Of a DNA stretch of 64,000 nucleotides, positions 10,285-17,932 are shown piece by piece. Position 1 is the stretch's first letter; every line of letters starts with the position of its first letter. Origin of the DNA: an uncultured Solirubrobacterales bacterium (GTDB lineage Bacteria > Actinomycetota > Thermoleophilia > Solirubrobacterales > Solirubrobacteraceae); assembly GCA_963838865.1 (NCBI GenBank), contig CAWISN010000002.1, positions 251,979 to 315,978 on the forward strand. The letters run 5' to 3'. Position numbers and translations under genes: made by a program. The notes under the pieces were generated by a model that was given only the letters and a program-made list of their open reading frames with translations, was not told the origin of the DNA and did not search any database.

Positions 10285-10761
10285 TCATTTCTTCGCGCGC
10301 GAGCCCCGCTTGGCGGCGGTGGTCGTGCTGCGCTTGGCCTTCGCCGTACTCCGCTTGGCCCGGCTCGTCGCGCCACTCCGCGAGGAAGTCGAGCCAGAGG
10401 ATTTGGCGCGTGAGGAGCTGGTCCGAGAGGAGCCCGTCCGGCGCGAGCTTGACTTGGTGGCTGTCCGGCGCGCTGAGCTGCTGCCCGTCGACTGAGCGAG
10501 CTTCTTCTGCGCAGTGTCAAAGTCGCTGGCCAGCGCCTTGCCAAGCCGGCCGCTGTGCCGCCGTGCACTGGAAAGGAACGTGCGCAGGTCCTTGTAGATT
10601 GCGCCGGCGCTCTGGCCGACGTCGCGCCCTCCCTGCTTGCTCAGCTCCGAGAGTGCCTCCTGCGCGGTGTCGAGTGACTTGGTTAGCCGCCTGAGCGCCG
10701 CGGGTTCCTTGAACGTGCTGGTCCGAGATGATGAGCGTGAAGATCTTTTCGCTGCCGGCAT
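10285..10761 (-). CDS. basic protein with helical core and histone-like Lys/Arg/Ser tail (possibly phasin-like)
   Basis: Amphipathic helical N-half; tail SSARRTATKSSSRR..AKRSTAKAKRSTTTAAKRGSRAKK. Confidence 0.6.
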   Translation of the reverse strand: MPAAKRSSRSSSRTSTFKEPAALRRLTKSLDTAQEALSELSKQGGRDVGQSAGAIYKDLRTFLSSARRHSGRLGKALASDFDTAQKKLAQSTGSSSARRTATKSSSRRTGSSRTSSSRAKSSGSTSSRSGATSRAKRSTAKAKRSTTTAAKRGSRAKK

Positions 10762-10835
10762 CGGTCGCTCCCTTTTCGTGGACGTGTAAGCGCCAGCCTA
10801 ATCGGCTGGGTACATAACAACAAGCCTGTAGTTGT

Positions 10836-11954
10836 TCATGAGCGAAATGCCATCGACGGGGCGCTGAACAGTTCCGTGCACAGCGAAACGAGTTCCGTAA
10901 CGTCGGGCACGTTCCGCCCCCGGTCCAACACGCGGTAGGTGGGTGTCTCATCGAGCTCGGTGTCCAGAAGGCTCAAGGTCGGCTGTTCGCGCCAGGCCAG
11001 GATCTGCAGCTCGGCGTGCCACCGAGCCACGCGCACGGCCAGGGCATCGCCCAGCGGAGAGCTGAGCCTCGCCGCGACCGTGTCCACGTCAGTGCCCGCC
11101 GGGTCGATTGGATGTGCGCGGTTCACAACGATGGCGCTGCGATGCATCCCGAGGCGCTCGAGCGCCCGCCCCAGGAAGATGGCCTCCTCAGACGGCGCTG
11201 ACTCAGGCGAGGTGATGAGCAAGAACCCGGTCGAGTCGTCGGCCAGGAGGGCCTGCGTCCCCGCAGCCTGATCTCGAAACCCGGCGGTCAGGCCGGAGAG
11301 CAATCCGAAGAACGTCGTCAGATCGTCGACCATGCCGAGGCCCACGATCCGCCGGAGTGCTCCGGATGCCAGCGCGGCCAGTCGGAACATGGCCCCGCTC
11401 GAGCGCAGGAAGATCGAGAGGGCTCGTGTGTCCAGAAAGGCTGCTAGCCGTTGGGGTGCAACGAGGAAGTCGAGCAGGCGCCGCGCGGGCGGCGTATCGA
11501 GCACGATCACGTCGTAGCGCGAGTCGCGGTGGAGCTCCAACAGCTTGGACATCGCCGCGTAGTCCTGGCCTCCGGCCACGGCGCTCGACAGCTGCCTGTA
11601 CACGGGGTTGTCGAGTATCTGCTGCCCCGTGCGGCGATCCGGAGCCAATCGGATGATCAGCTCATCCAGCGTCGGCTTGACGCTCAGCGCCACCGCCGAC
11701 AGCTGACCCCGAATCTCTAGGCCTGCGCCAATGAAGCGCGCCGGGTCGACGGGCTCAGGAGCATTTCCGCACTCGTCCACAGGGAGTGCCTCAGCCAGCC
11801 GGCGGGAGGGGTCGATCGTGACGAGCGCCACGCGGCGGCCCTCCTCGGCCAGTCCCAGCGCTAGGACAGCGGCCACCGTCGTCCGGCCCACACCGCCGGC
11901 GCCCGCGCAGACCACGAGCCGCAGCGGTGCCATGTCATCGCGCAGAACGCTCAT
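10836..11954 (-). CDS. ArsA/Get3 family ATPase (Rv3680-like)
   Basis: CAGAGGVGRTT, TIDPSRRLA, DTPP. Confidence 0.85.
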   Translation of the reverse strand: MSVLRDDMAPLRLVVCAGAGGVGRTTVAAVLALGLAEEGRRVALVTIDPSRRLAEALPVDECGNAPEPVDPARFIGAGLEIRGQLSAVALSVKPTLDELIIRLAPDRRTGQQILDNPVYRQLSSAVAGGQDYAAMSKLLELHRDSRYDVIVLDTPPARRLLDFLVAPQRLAAFLDTRALSIFLRSSGAMFRLAALASGALRRIVGLGMVDDLTTFFGLLSGLTAGFRDQAAGTQALLADDSTGFLLITSPESAPSEEAIFLGRALERLGMHRSAIVVNRAHPIDPAGTDVDTVAARLSSPLGDALAVRVARWHAELQILAWREQPTLSLLDTELDETPTYRVLDRGRNVPDVTELVSLCTELFSAPSMAFRS

Positions 11955-12898
11955 GCGATTTCCCTCGTCAGCCGGTCTGCGAATTCGTCGACGGCGGGGG
12001 GGTCCATGCCCGCGAATATCAGTGGGAGGTTGGTCTGGATCGTGGTCTCGAGCCCGTGCCCGAGGCGCTCCATCTGCTCTCGCTGGGCCTGAGCCCGGTC
12101 ACTGAACCACCGCGCTGAGCGCACGGCCGGGTCCTCAGCCCCGGACTCCCGCAGCAGCTGATCCTCAGCGACGCTGAACGGCGAGGAGACCACCCTGTTG
12201 ATCACGACTGCGTCCACCGGGAGTCCCTGACTCGCGAGAGCACGTGGCAGACCGAGGAGCTCGCTCACCGCCTCCCGCTCGGGCGTTGTCACGGCCAGCA
12301 CGCCCGTGCGGCCGCTGTCCCGCAGCAACCGCTCGATATCCGCCGCCTGCCTGGCCACCGGCCCCATGCGAGCGATGTTCCGGAACATTTGCGGGGCGCC
12401 CAGGAGCGCCATGAGCTGAGCCCCGGCCGGGCCGTCGAGGACAACCAGGTCATATGTCGGTCCGCGCCGAGGCGGGCGCCGGCTCCGTGCCAGCTCCCAG
12501 ACCTTGCCGATGGTCAGCAGTTCTCCCATGCCCGGCGTGGCCTCGACAAACGCGGAGAAGATCCGGCTCCGAGCCAGGAGGCCTACGGGCAGCGGTCCGG
12601 AGACCTCATGCTCGAGATAGTCACGCAGGGCAGCGTGACGGTCGATGGTGACATGGCTCACGTTCGCGAGCAGCTCAACCTCGGTCAGCGCAGGCTGGCT
12701 TTTCCCGCCGAGCAGGCGAGCTGCGTCGGAGCGCCCGGCCACCTCGACCAGCAATGTTCGCTGGCCGCTCCTGGCTGCGGCCAGAGCTACCGCGGCCGCG
12801 ATCGTGGACTTCCCGACGCCCCCCTCCCCGCAGACGATCAGCAGGCGTTTTTCCAGCAAACGAAGCTGCCGGGGTGGGGATGCTCGGTGTTTGCTCAT
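11951..12898 (-). CDS. ArsA/Get3 family ATPase (Rv3679-like)
   Basis: GEGGVGKST, PGMGELLTIGK, YDLVVLDGPA; 4-nt overlap with partner. Confidence 0.85.
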   Translation of the reverse strand: MSKHRASPPRQLRLLEKRLLIVCGEGGVGKSTIAAAVALAAARSGQRTLLVEVAGRSDAARLLGGKSQPALTEVELLANVSHVTIDRHAALRDYLEHEVSGPLPVGLLARSRIFSAFVEATPGMGELLTIGKVWELARSRRPPRRGPTYDLVVLDGPAGAQLMALLGAPQMFRNIARMGPVARQAADIERLLRDSGRTGVLAVTTPEREAVSELLGLPRALASQGLPVDAVVINRVVSSPFSVAEDQLLRESGAEDPAVRSARWFSDRAQAQREQMERLGHGLETTIQTNLPLIFAGMDPPAVDEFADRLTREIA

Positions 12899-12905
12899 GC
12901 GGCGG

Positions 12906-12922
12906 CCGCGGCTAACTACGGA
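12906..12922 (+). promoter_or_regulatory. candidate regulator binding site, copy 2
   Basis: CCGCGGCTAACTACGGA, 13/17 identical to copy 1; about 47 nt before -10 TACCGT at 12969-12974. Confidence 0.45.
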
Positions 12923-12980
12923 GGCGGGTCAGGTGATTAACCGCGATGACCCGCCACCCTAGGCGACCTACCGTGCTGGC

Positions 12981-14180
12981 ATGGCAGCCAGGATTCTGAT
13001 TGCCGGCGGTGGCTTCGCCGCTGTTGAAGCCATGGTCGCCCTGCGCGCCCTGGCGCCGCGGGAGACGAGCGTAACGGTGCTGGCACCCGATCCTGTTCTG
13101 CGCTACCGGCCCGCCGCGTCCGCCGAAGCGTTCGACGCAGGACCCGCCCGCGGCTATGAACTCGGCCCAATCGCCCGAGGAGTGGGCGCGATCTATCTGA
13201 GCGATCGGCTGGAGGCGGTGTTCGGCCAGAAGCACCAGGTTCGGACTGCTTCCGGTGCACGCCTGGAGTACGACATTCTGATCCTGGCCATCGGCGCCCG
13301 ACCGGTGGCCGGCGTCCCGGGCGCACTGACGTTTCGCGACCAACGGGATACCCGGCTGCTGGAGCGCCTCCTAAACGAGATCTGGAAGGGGAGCGCGCGT
13401 ACGATCGCGTTTGTCGTTCCGCCGGGTCCCTCCTGGGGGCTCCCGATCTATGAGCTCGCCTTGCTCTGCGCGAACCGCGCCGCGCGAGACGACATCGATG
13501 TCGAGGTCTCGCTGGTCACCCCGGAGCAAGCGCCCCTGGGGCTCTTCGGTCCTCGAGTTTCTCGCCGCGTCCGCGATCTCCTCACCGAGTCCGGGGTCCG
13601 GTTCCTCGGCCAGGCCACCGCCATAGCCGCCCGGCGTGACGGCACCCTGCTGACGTCGTCCGGTTCGCTGGCGGCAGATCGCGTTGTGGCCGCGCCATCG
13701 TTGCGGGGGCGCCGAGTGACCGGGGTGCCCGCCACCTGGTGGGGCTTCGTGCCCACCGATCAGGCCGGCCGGGTCGAAGGCCTGACCGCGGTTTACGCTG
13801 CCGGCGACATGACCACGTTCGCCGTCAAGCACGGGGGGTTGGGGACGCAGCAGGCCGACAGGATCGCCCACGAACTCGCCGAGTCGCTGGGGGTGGCGGT
13901 GAAGGAGGTGAGGCACGGGCACGTCCTCCAGGCGGTGTTCGTCGGCGGCGAACAACCCCTGCTCCTGCGGAGCGAGCTCGACTGGGACGGCCAGCCCACT
14001 TCGGCCACGCTGGAGCGCATCGATCACCAGTCCGGACGCCTCACCAAGGTCTTCGGGCGCTACCTTGCGCCCTACCTGGAGAAGCTCGAGCCGGTCTCCG
14101 ATGGCGCGAGCGGCAGCCGCACCCGGACGGTTGTGCCCGAGGGACCCGCGCTGACCTCGAGCTGGCCCCCGGTCAGATAA
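12981..14180 (+). CDS. second SQR-like FAD-dependent oxidoreductase
   Basis: AGGGFAAVE, YDILILAIGA, VYAAGDMT..KHGGLG; paralog of 8261-9403. Confidence 0.8.
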   Translation: MAARILIAGGGFAAVEAMVALRALAPRETSVTVLAPDPVLRYRPAASAEAFDAGPARGYELGPIARGVGAIYLSDRLEAVFGQKHQVRTASGARLEYDILILAIGARPVAGVPGALTFRDQRDTRLLERLLNEIWKGSARTIAFVVPPGPSWGLPIYELALLCANRAARDDIDVEVSLVTPEQAPLGLFGPRVSRRVRDLLTESGVRFLGQATAIAARRDGTLLTSSGSLAADRVVAAPSLRGRRVTGVPATWWGFVPTDQAGRVEGLTAVYAAGDMTTFAVKHGGLGTQQADRIAHELAESLGVAVKEVRHGHVLQAVFVGGEQPLLLRSELDWDGQPTSATLERIDHQSGRLTKVFGRYLAPYLEKLEPVSDGASGSRTRTVVPEGPALTSSWPPVR

Positions 14181-15754
14181 ACGCGCTCGCGCATGCCAGC
14201 CAGTCCAAAGCCTCGCGTGCCCTCCTTCGGATCAAAGCCAACCCCGTCATCGCACACCTCCAGACGGATGGCGTCTGCCTCGAGGCTTACACCCACGTGG
14301 ACCACCGTGGCCTGCGCGTGGTTGGTCACATTGGTGAGCGCCTCCTGAAGGACCCTGTAGATCGTCGTCTCGAGCTCCGCGCCGAGCTGCGGCAGAGGAT
14401 CTGGCAGATTCAGGACGTCGTGAACCTCCAGCCCGGCCATCCGGCGCCGCTCCAGGAGGGCTTCGATGGCCGGAACAAGTCCGAGGTCATCGAGCAGGGA
14501 CGGCCGCAGGTCGGTGATGATCGCTCGCAGGTTGGCGGTCTCGAGCTCGATGTCTTCGATTGCCTGCCGGATGGCCGCTTCGTGCTGAGCTGAACCACCA
14601 CGACGTAGCGCAGAGGCCAGCTGCACACGCAGTCCGCCCAGCGTCTGCAGGGTTTGGTCGTGCAGCTCCCGCGCCCATCGTGCCCGCTCAGCGTCGGCGG
14701 CGCCCATCGCCGCCCGCAGCCGATCCGCCTCGACGCTGCGATGAATGGTCACGGCGTTGGCGGCCGAGGAGGCGAAGGAGCGCAGGAGCTCCTCATCCTC
14801 CGGGCTGAATGTGCGTCCCTCATCCCTCCGGTCGAACGCGGCCAGCACGCCGACCGCGGTACCGCGGTGCACCATCGGAACCAGAAGGGCGGTGTGCGCA
14901 TCCGGGACACCGAGACGGTCGGGGCCGATCCGCATCTGCGCCGAGGCATCGGTCACCCTCTCCGGCTTGCCACGCTCCAGGACCCGACCCGAAGTGGAGC
15001 CGGAGATCGGCAGGCGCGTACCAACCGCATGGTCGACATGACCTGCGGTGGCAGCCACGACCAGCTCCTCGCGTTCTCGCAGCATGATGAGCACGGTGCG
15101 GGAATCCACCAGCGCCCGCCCGCGCTGGACGATCAGCTGGAGGATTCGATCCAGGTCGTTCGTGCCCGCGATGGTCTCGGCGATGTCCTGTGCGGCTCGG
15201 AGCCCCTGGACCGCGCGCTCAGCATCGTGCCGCCGGTTTTCGCTCGTCTCATAAAGCCTGGTGGTCTCGATCGCTGTGGCAGCCAGCTGGGCGAGGACCA
15301 CCACGGCGTCTTCGTCCGCGGAGGTGAAGTCGGCTCCTCCCTCCTTCTCGGTCAGGTACAGGTTTCCCCACGCCTGGCCGCGAATGAGGATCGGAACGCC
15401 CAGGAACGACCGCATCGGAGGATGGTTGGCCGGAAAGCCATAACTCTGCAGGTGGGCACGCACATCGGCCAGCCGAAGGGGGCGAGGATCCTCGATCAGA
15501 ACTCCCAGTACCCCCCGGCCGCGAGGGAGCTCGCCGATGGCGTGGCGTGTCTCGGCGTCGATGCCAGCGGTGACAAAGCGCTCGAGCTCCTGGCGCTGCG
15601 CGTCAAGCACGCCCAGCGCCACGTAGCGAGCTCCGGTGATCCGGCCTGCCTCCTGGAGGATGCGTTTGAAGATCGCTTCCGTATCCAGGTCCGAGACAAG
15701 AGCTCGTCCCACGTCGAGCAGCCGGTGCAGCTGATCTTCGGACAGCGTGCTCAT
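14072..15754 (-). CDS. GAF-GAF sensor histidine kinase (DosS/DevS-like)
   Basis: PRGRGVLGVL..GFPANHPPMRSFLGVPI GAF motif; ARELHD H-box; QEALTNV, DDGVG, GLAGMRER. Confidence 0.92.
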   Translation of the reverse strand: MSTLSEDQLHRLLDVGRALVSDLDTEAIFKRILQEAGRITGARYVALGVLDAQRQELERFVTAGIDAETRHAIGELPRGRGVLGVLIEDPRPLRLADVRAHLQSYGFPANHPPMRSFLGVPILIRGQAWGNLYLTEKEGGADFTSADEDAVVVLAQLAATAIETTRLYETSENRRHDAERAVQGLRAAQDIAETIAGTNDLDRILQLIVQRGRALVDSRTVLIMLREREELVVAATAGHVDHAVGTRLPISGSTSGRVLERGKPERVTDASAQMRIGPDRLGVPDAHTALLVPMVHRGTAVGVLAAFDRRDEGRTFSPEDEELLRSFASSAANAVTIHRSVEADRLRAAMGAADAERARWARELHDQTLQTLGGLRVQLASALRRGGSAQHEAAIRQAIEDIELETANLRAIITDLRPSLLDDLGLVPAIEALLERRRMAGLEVHDVLNLPDPLPQLGAELETTIYRVLQEALTNVTNHAQATVVHVGVSLEADAIRLEVCDDGVGFDPKEGTRGFGLAGMRERVYLTGGQLEVSAGPSGTTVRVRLPLAPSETGSSFSR

Positions 15755-15785
15755 CGCTTCAGAGAATTTATGTCCGCAGGAGACA

Positions 15786-15802
15786 TCAGTAGTACACCAC
15801 GA
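15786..15802 (-). promoter_or_regulatory. candidate regulator binding site, copy 3
   Basis: TCGTGGTGTACTACTGA on the minus strand; about 44 nt before -10 TAGACT at 15846-15851. Confidence 0.45.
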
Positions 15803-15858
15803 CGATGGTGGTGCTGATCACCGATCCGGCAGCGCCATCAGGCCATAGACTGCGCTCC

Positions 15859-16023
15859 ATGCTGGCCGCGGTGTTCAACCTCAACCACCACGCCAGCTAC
15901 GTGCACTGGCATTTCATCACGCTGTCGGTGTCCAACCTTCTGATGATCGCCGCCATGTTCCTGGTGTTTTTCGCCGCCATCCTGCTGCCATTTCCGCACG
16001 GCCGGAGGAGCCGGTCGCGATGA
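15859..16023 (+). CDS. small single-TM membrane protein
   Basis: 54 aa with one hydrophobic helix; leaderless -10; ATGA overlap with cytochrome b gene. Confidence 0.65.
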   Translation: MLAAVFNLNHHASYVHWHFITLSVSNLLMIAAMFLVFFAAILLPFPHGRRSRSR

Positions 16024-16682
16024 GCGTCTCGGCGGAGGACCGCTCCTGGACCGGCCGTCTGCGCCGCCGTGCGGTTGAGGCACTCCCGCCCGAAAGGCTC
16101 CTGCCCGACAAGCAGCCCGCTTACGTCGCCTCGTGGATCTACGTCTTCGGCGTCGTCTCGCTGAGCTGCCTGGTGGTGGTGATCGCCTCCGGGACGGTGC
16201 TGGCCCTGAAGGGGCCAGGCTGGTGGCACTTCACCGGTGTGGGCCACTTCGTCAACTCGGTGCATCTGTGGGCGGTCGAGCTGTTCTTTTTCTTCATGGT
16301 CGTCCACCTGTGGGGCAAGTACTGGATGGCCGCGTGGCGGGGAGGTCGAGCTCGGGTGTGGGTGACCGGTGCGATCACCTTCCTGGTTGCCATCCCGTGT
16401 GCGCTGACGGGCTACGTGTCCCAGCAGAACTTCGATGCGCAATGGATCTCCACCCAGGCCAAGGATGCGATGAACGCCGTGGGCGTTGGTTCGTTCTTCA
16501 ACCTCCTGAACTTCGGCCAGATGTACAGCTACCACGTGCTGCTGCTGCCCGTCGCTGTGGTCCTGATCGTCGTCGTCCACATTTTGCTGGTCCGCCGGCA
16601 TGGCGTGGTGCCGCCGTTTGACCTCGAGGACAAGCTGGCGCAGGCCCGGGCGGGGGCCGAGGCCGGGCCGCAGACGCCATGA
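16020..16682 (+). CDS. cytochrome b6-like (N-terminal b domain) protein
   Basis: Four TM helices; His pairs H-x13-H (SVHLW..VVHLW) and H-x14-H (SYHVL..VVHIL); W+TG and TGY motifs. Confidence 0.85.
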   Translation: MSVSAEDRSWTGRLRRRAVEALPPERLLPDKQPAYVASWIYVFGVVSLSCLVVVIASGTVLALKGPGWWHFTGVGHFVNSVHLWAVELFFFFMVVHLWGKYWMAAWRGGRARVWVTGAITFLVAIPCALTGYVSQQNFDAQWISTQAKDAMNAVGVGSFFNLLNFGQMYSYHVLLLPVAVVLIVVVHILLVRRHGVVPPFDLEDKLAQARAGAEAGPQTP

Positions 16683-17653
16683 CCTGGCGTGAGCGCCGGG
16701 CGCTCGAGCGGGAGCGATACCGGGAGTGGCGGGGCGAATATCGCTCCTACGACATCGTCAAGGAGGCGACGATCGCCCTGGGCATCATCACAGCGCTGTG
16801 CGTCGCGCTGAGCATCCTGTTCTCCTCCCCGGACGAGAAACCGAGCACGATCAAGCAGTGGTCCCGCAGCGACCCGGTCGATTTCGTCACCACCGCCACC
16901 ACCCAGCTGGATGGGAGCAGCGGGACGGCAGGCTACGGGCCGCCGTATAACCATGCCTCCGACGGCCAGCACCTGTGGTTCATTCATCTTCAGAAATGGT
17001 TGGGTGTCAGCCACCCGGTGGACACCGCACAGGATTTCGTGCTGGCGCCGCTGCGCTCTATTCCGGGACAGCCGGCACTTCAGGCCGCGGTGAGCACGTA
17101 TGAGTCGGCCCCGGCTAAGCAGCAGACGGCCTGGACCAGCGCATACGAGAAGGGCCTGGCCAAGGCCACGGCAGGGGCCGATGGCTCGATCGCCGTGCCA
17201 GGAGGTGGCTACGGCCCGCTGTCCACGATGATGCGCGGCCTACTCAGCTTCGCCCAGGCGGGTGGCCTGGACGGCGCCCTGCTCACGAGCCGGCAGTTCT
17301 ACCAGACTGACTACACCAAGCCGCTGCTCTTCATGGCCGACGGAAGCGTCCTGGCCGACCGCGCCCAGGCCGAGCACCTGCTGGGAAATCAGTGGGGGAT
17401 CATGAACGAGACCGGCAGCTACCCCGGGCAGGTGTGGCTGTGGCTGTACACATTCTGGTACCAGATCAAGCCCTTCTCCACCTCGACCAACGCGGACATC
17501 GAGGTGATGGCGGTCATGCTCGTGCTCAGCCTGGGCCTGGTGCTGATCCCGTTCCTGCCCGTCCTCCGGGACATCCCCCGCTGGATCCCGCTGCACCGGC
17601 TGATCTGGCGCACGCACTACCGGCAGCTACGTGGCGGGCCCCCGGCTGGGTAG
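16679..17653 (+). CDS. membrane protein, putative subunit-IV-like partner of cytochrome b
   Basis: YDIVKE plus TM; large loop; PGQVWLWLYTFWY; second TM ending LIPFL; translationally coupled. Confidence 0.6.
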   Translation: MTWRERRALERERYREWRGEYRSYDIVKEATIALGIITALCVALSILFSSPDEKPSTIKQWSRSDPVDFVTTATTQLDGSSGTAGYGPPYNHASDGQHLWFIHLQKWLGVSHPVDTAQDFVLAPLRSIPGQPALQAAVSTYESAPAKQQTAWTSAYEKGLAKATAGADGSIAVPGGGYGPLSTMMRGLLSFAQAGGLDGALLTSRQFYQTDYTKPLLFMADGSVLADRAQAEHLLGNQWGIMNETGSYPGQVWLWLYTFWYQIKPFSTSTNADIEVMAVMLVLSLGLVLIPFLPVLRDIPRWIPLHRLIWRTHYRQLRGGPPAG

Positions 17654-17932
17654 CCGACGGCGTCGCGCGCGGGACAGGCAAGAGAAAGCGTGGGCGGGCG
17701 GTGAGGCGCCGAGTTTCACCCGCCGCTGGCGGCCCTTCCAGCCTGGGCGCCCGCCAATCACTGGAGAACTGATTCGGCAGGAAGAGCCGAATTCCTTAGC
17801 TTCGGCGCGTCTCGTCCGCCTGCTGCCTGGCGTGATGCCGCGTGTAGAGCTTCTCCCGCCAAGCGCGGTCCGCGCGCTCGGAGCCGGGGACCGGTCAGCC
17901 GCCGCGGCGTTCTCCGGTAGCCTGCCAGGCGG

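Noticed and set aside
17654-17932. Possible riboswitch before the amine oxidase (hairpin ATTCGGC..GCCGAAT)
   Set aside because: No riboswitch consensus recognised, and a -10-like TAGCCT 9 nt before the ATG suggests little or no leader.
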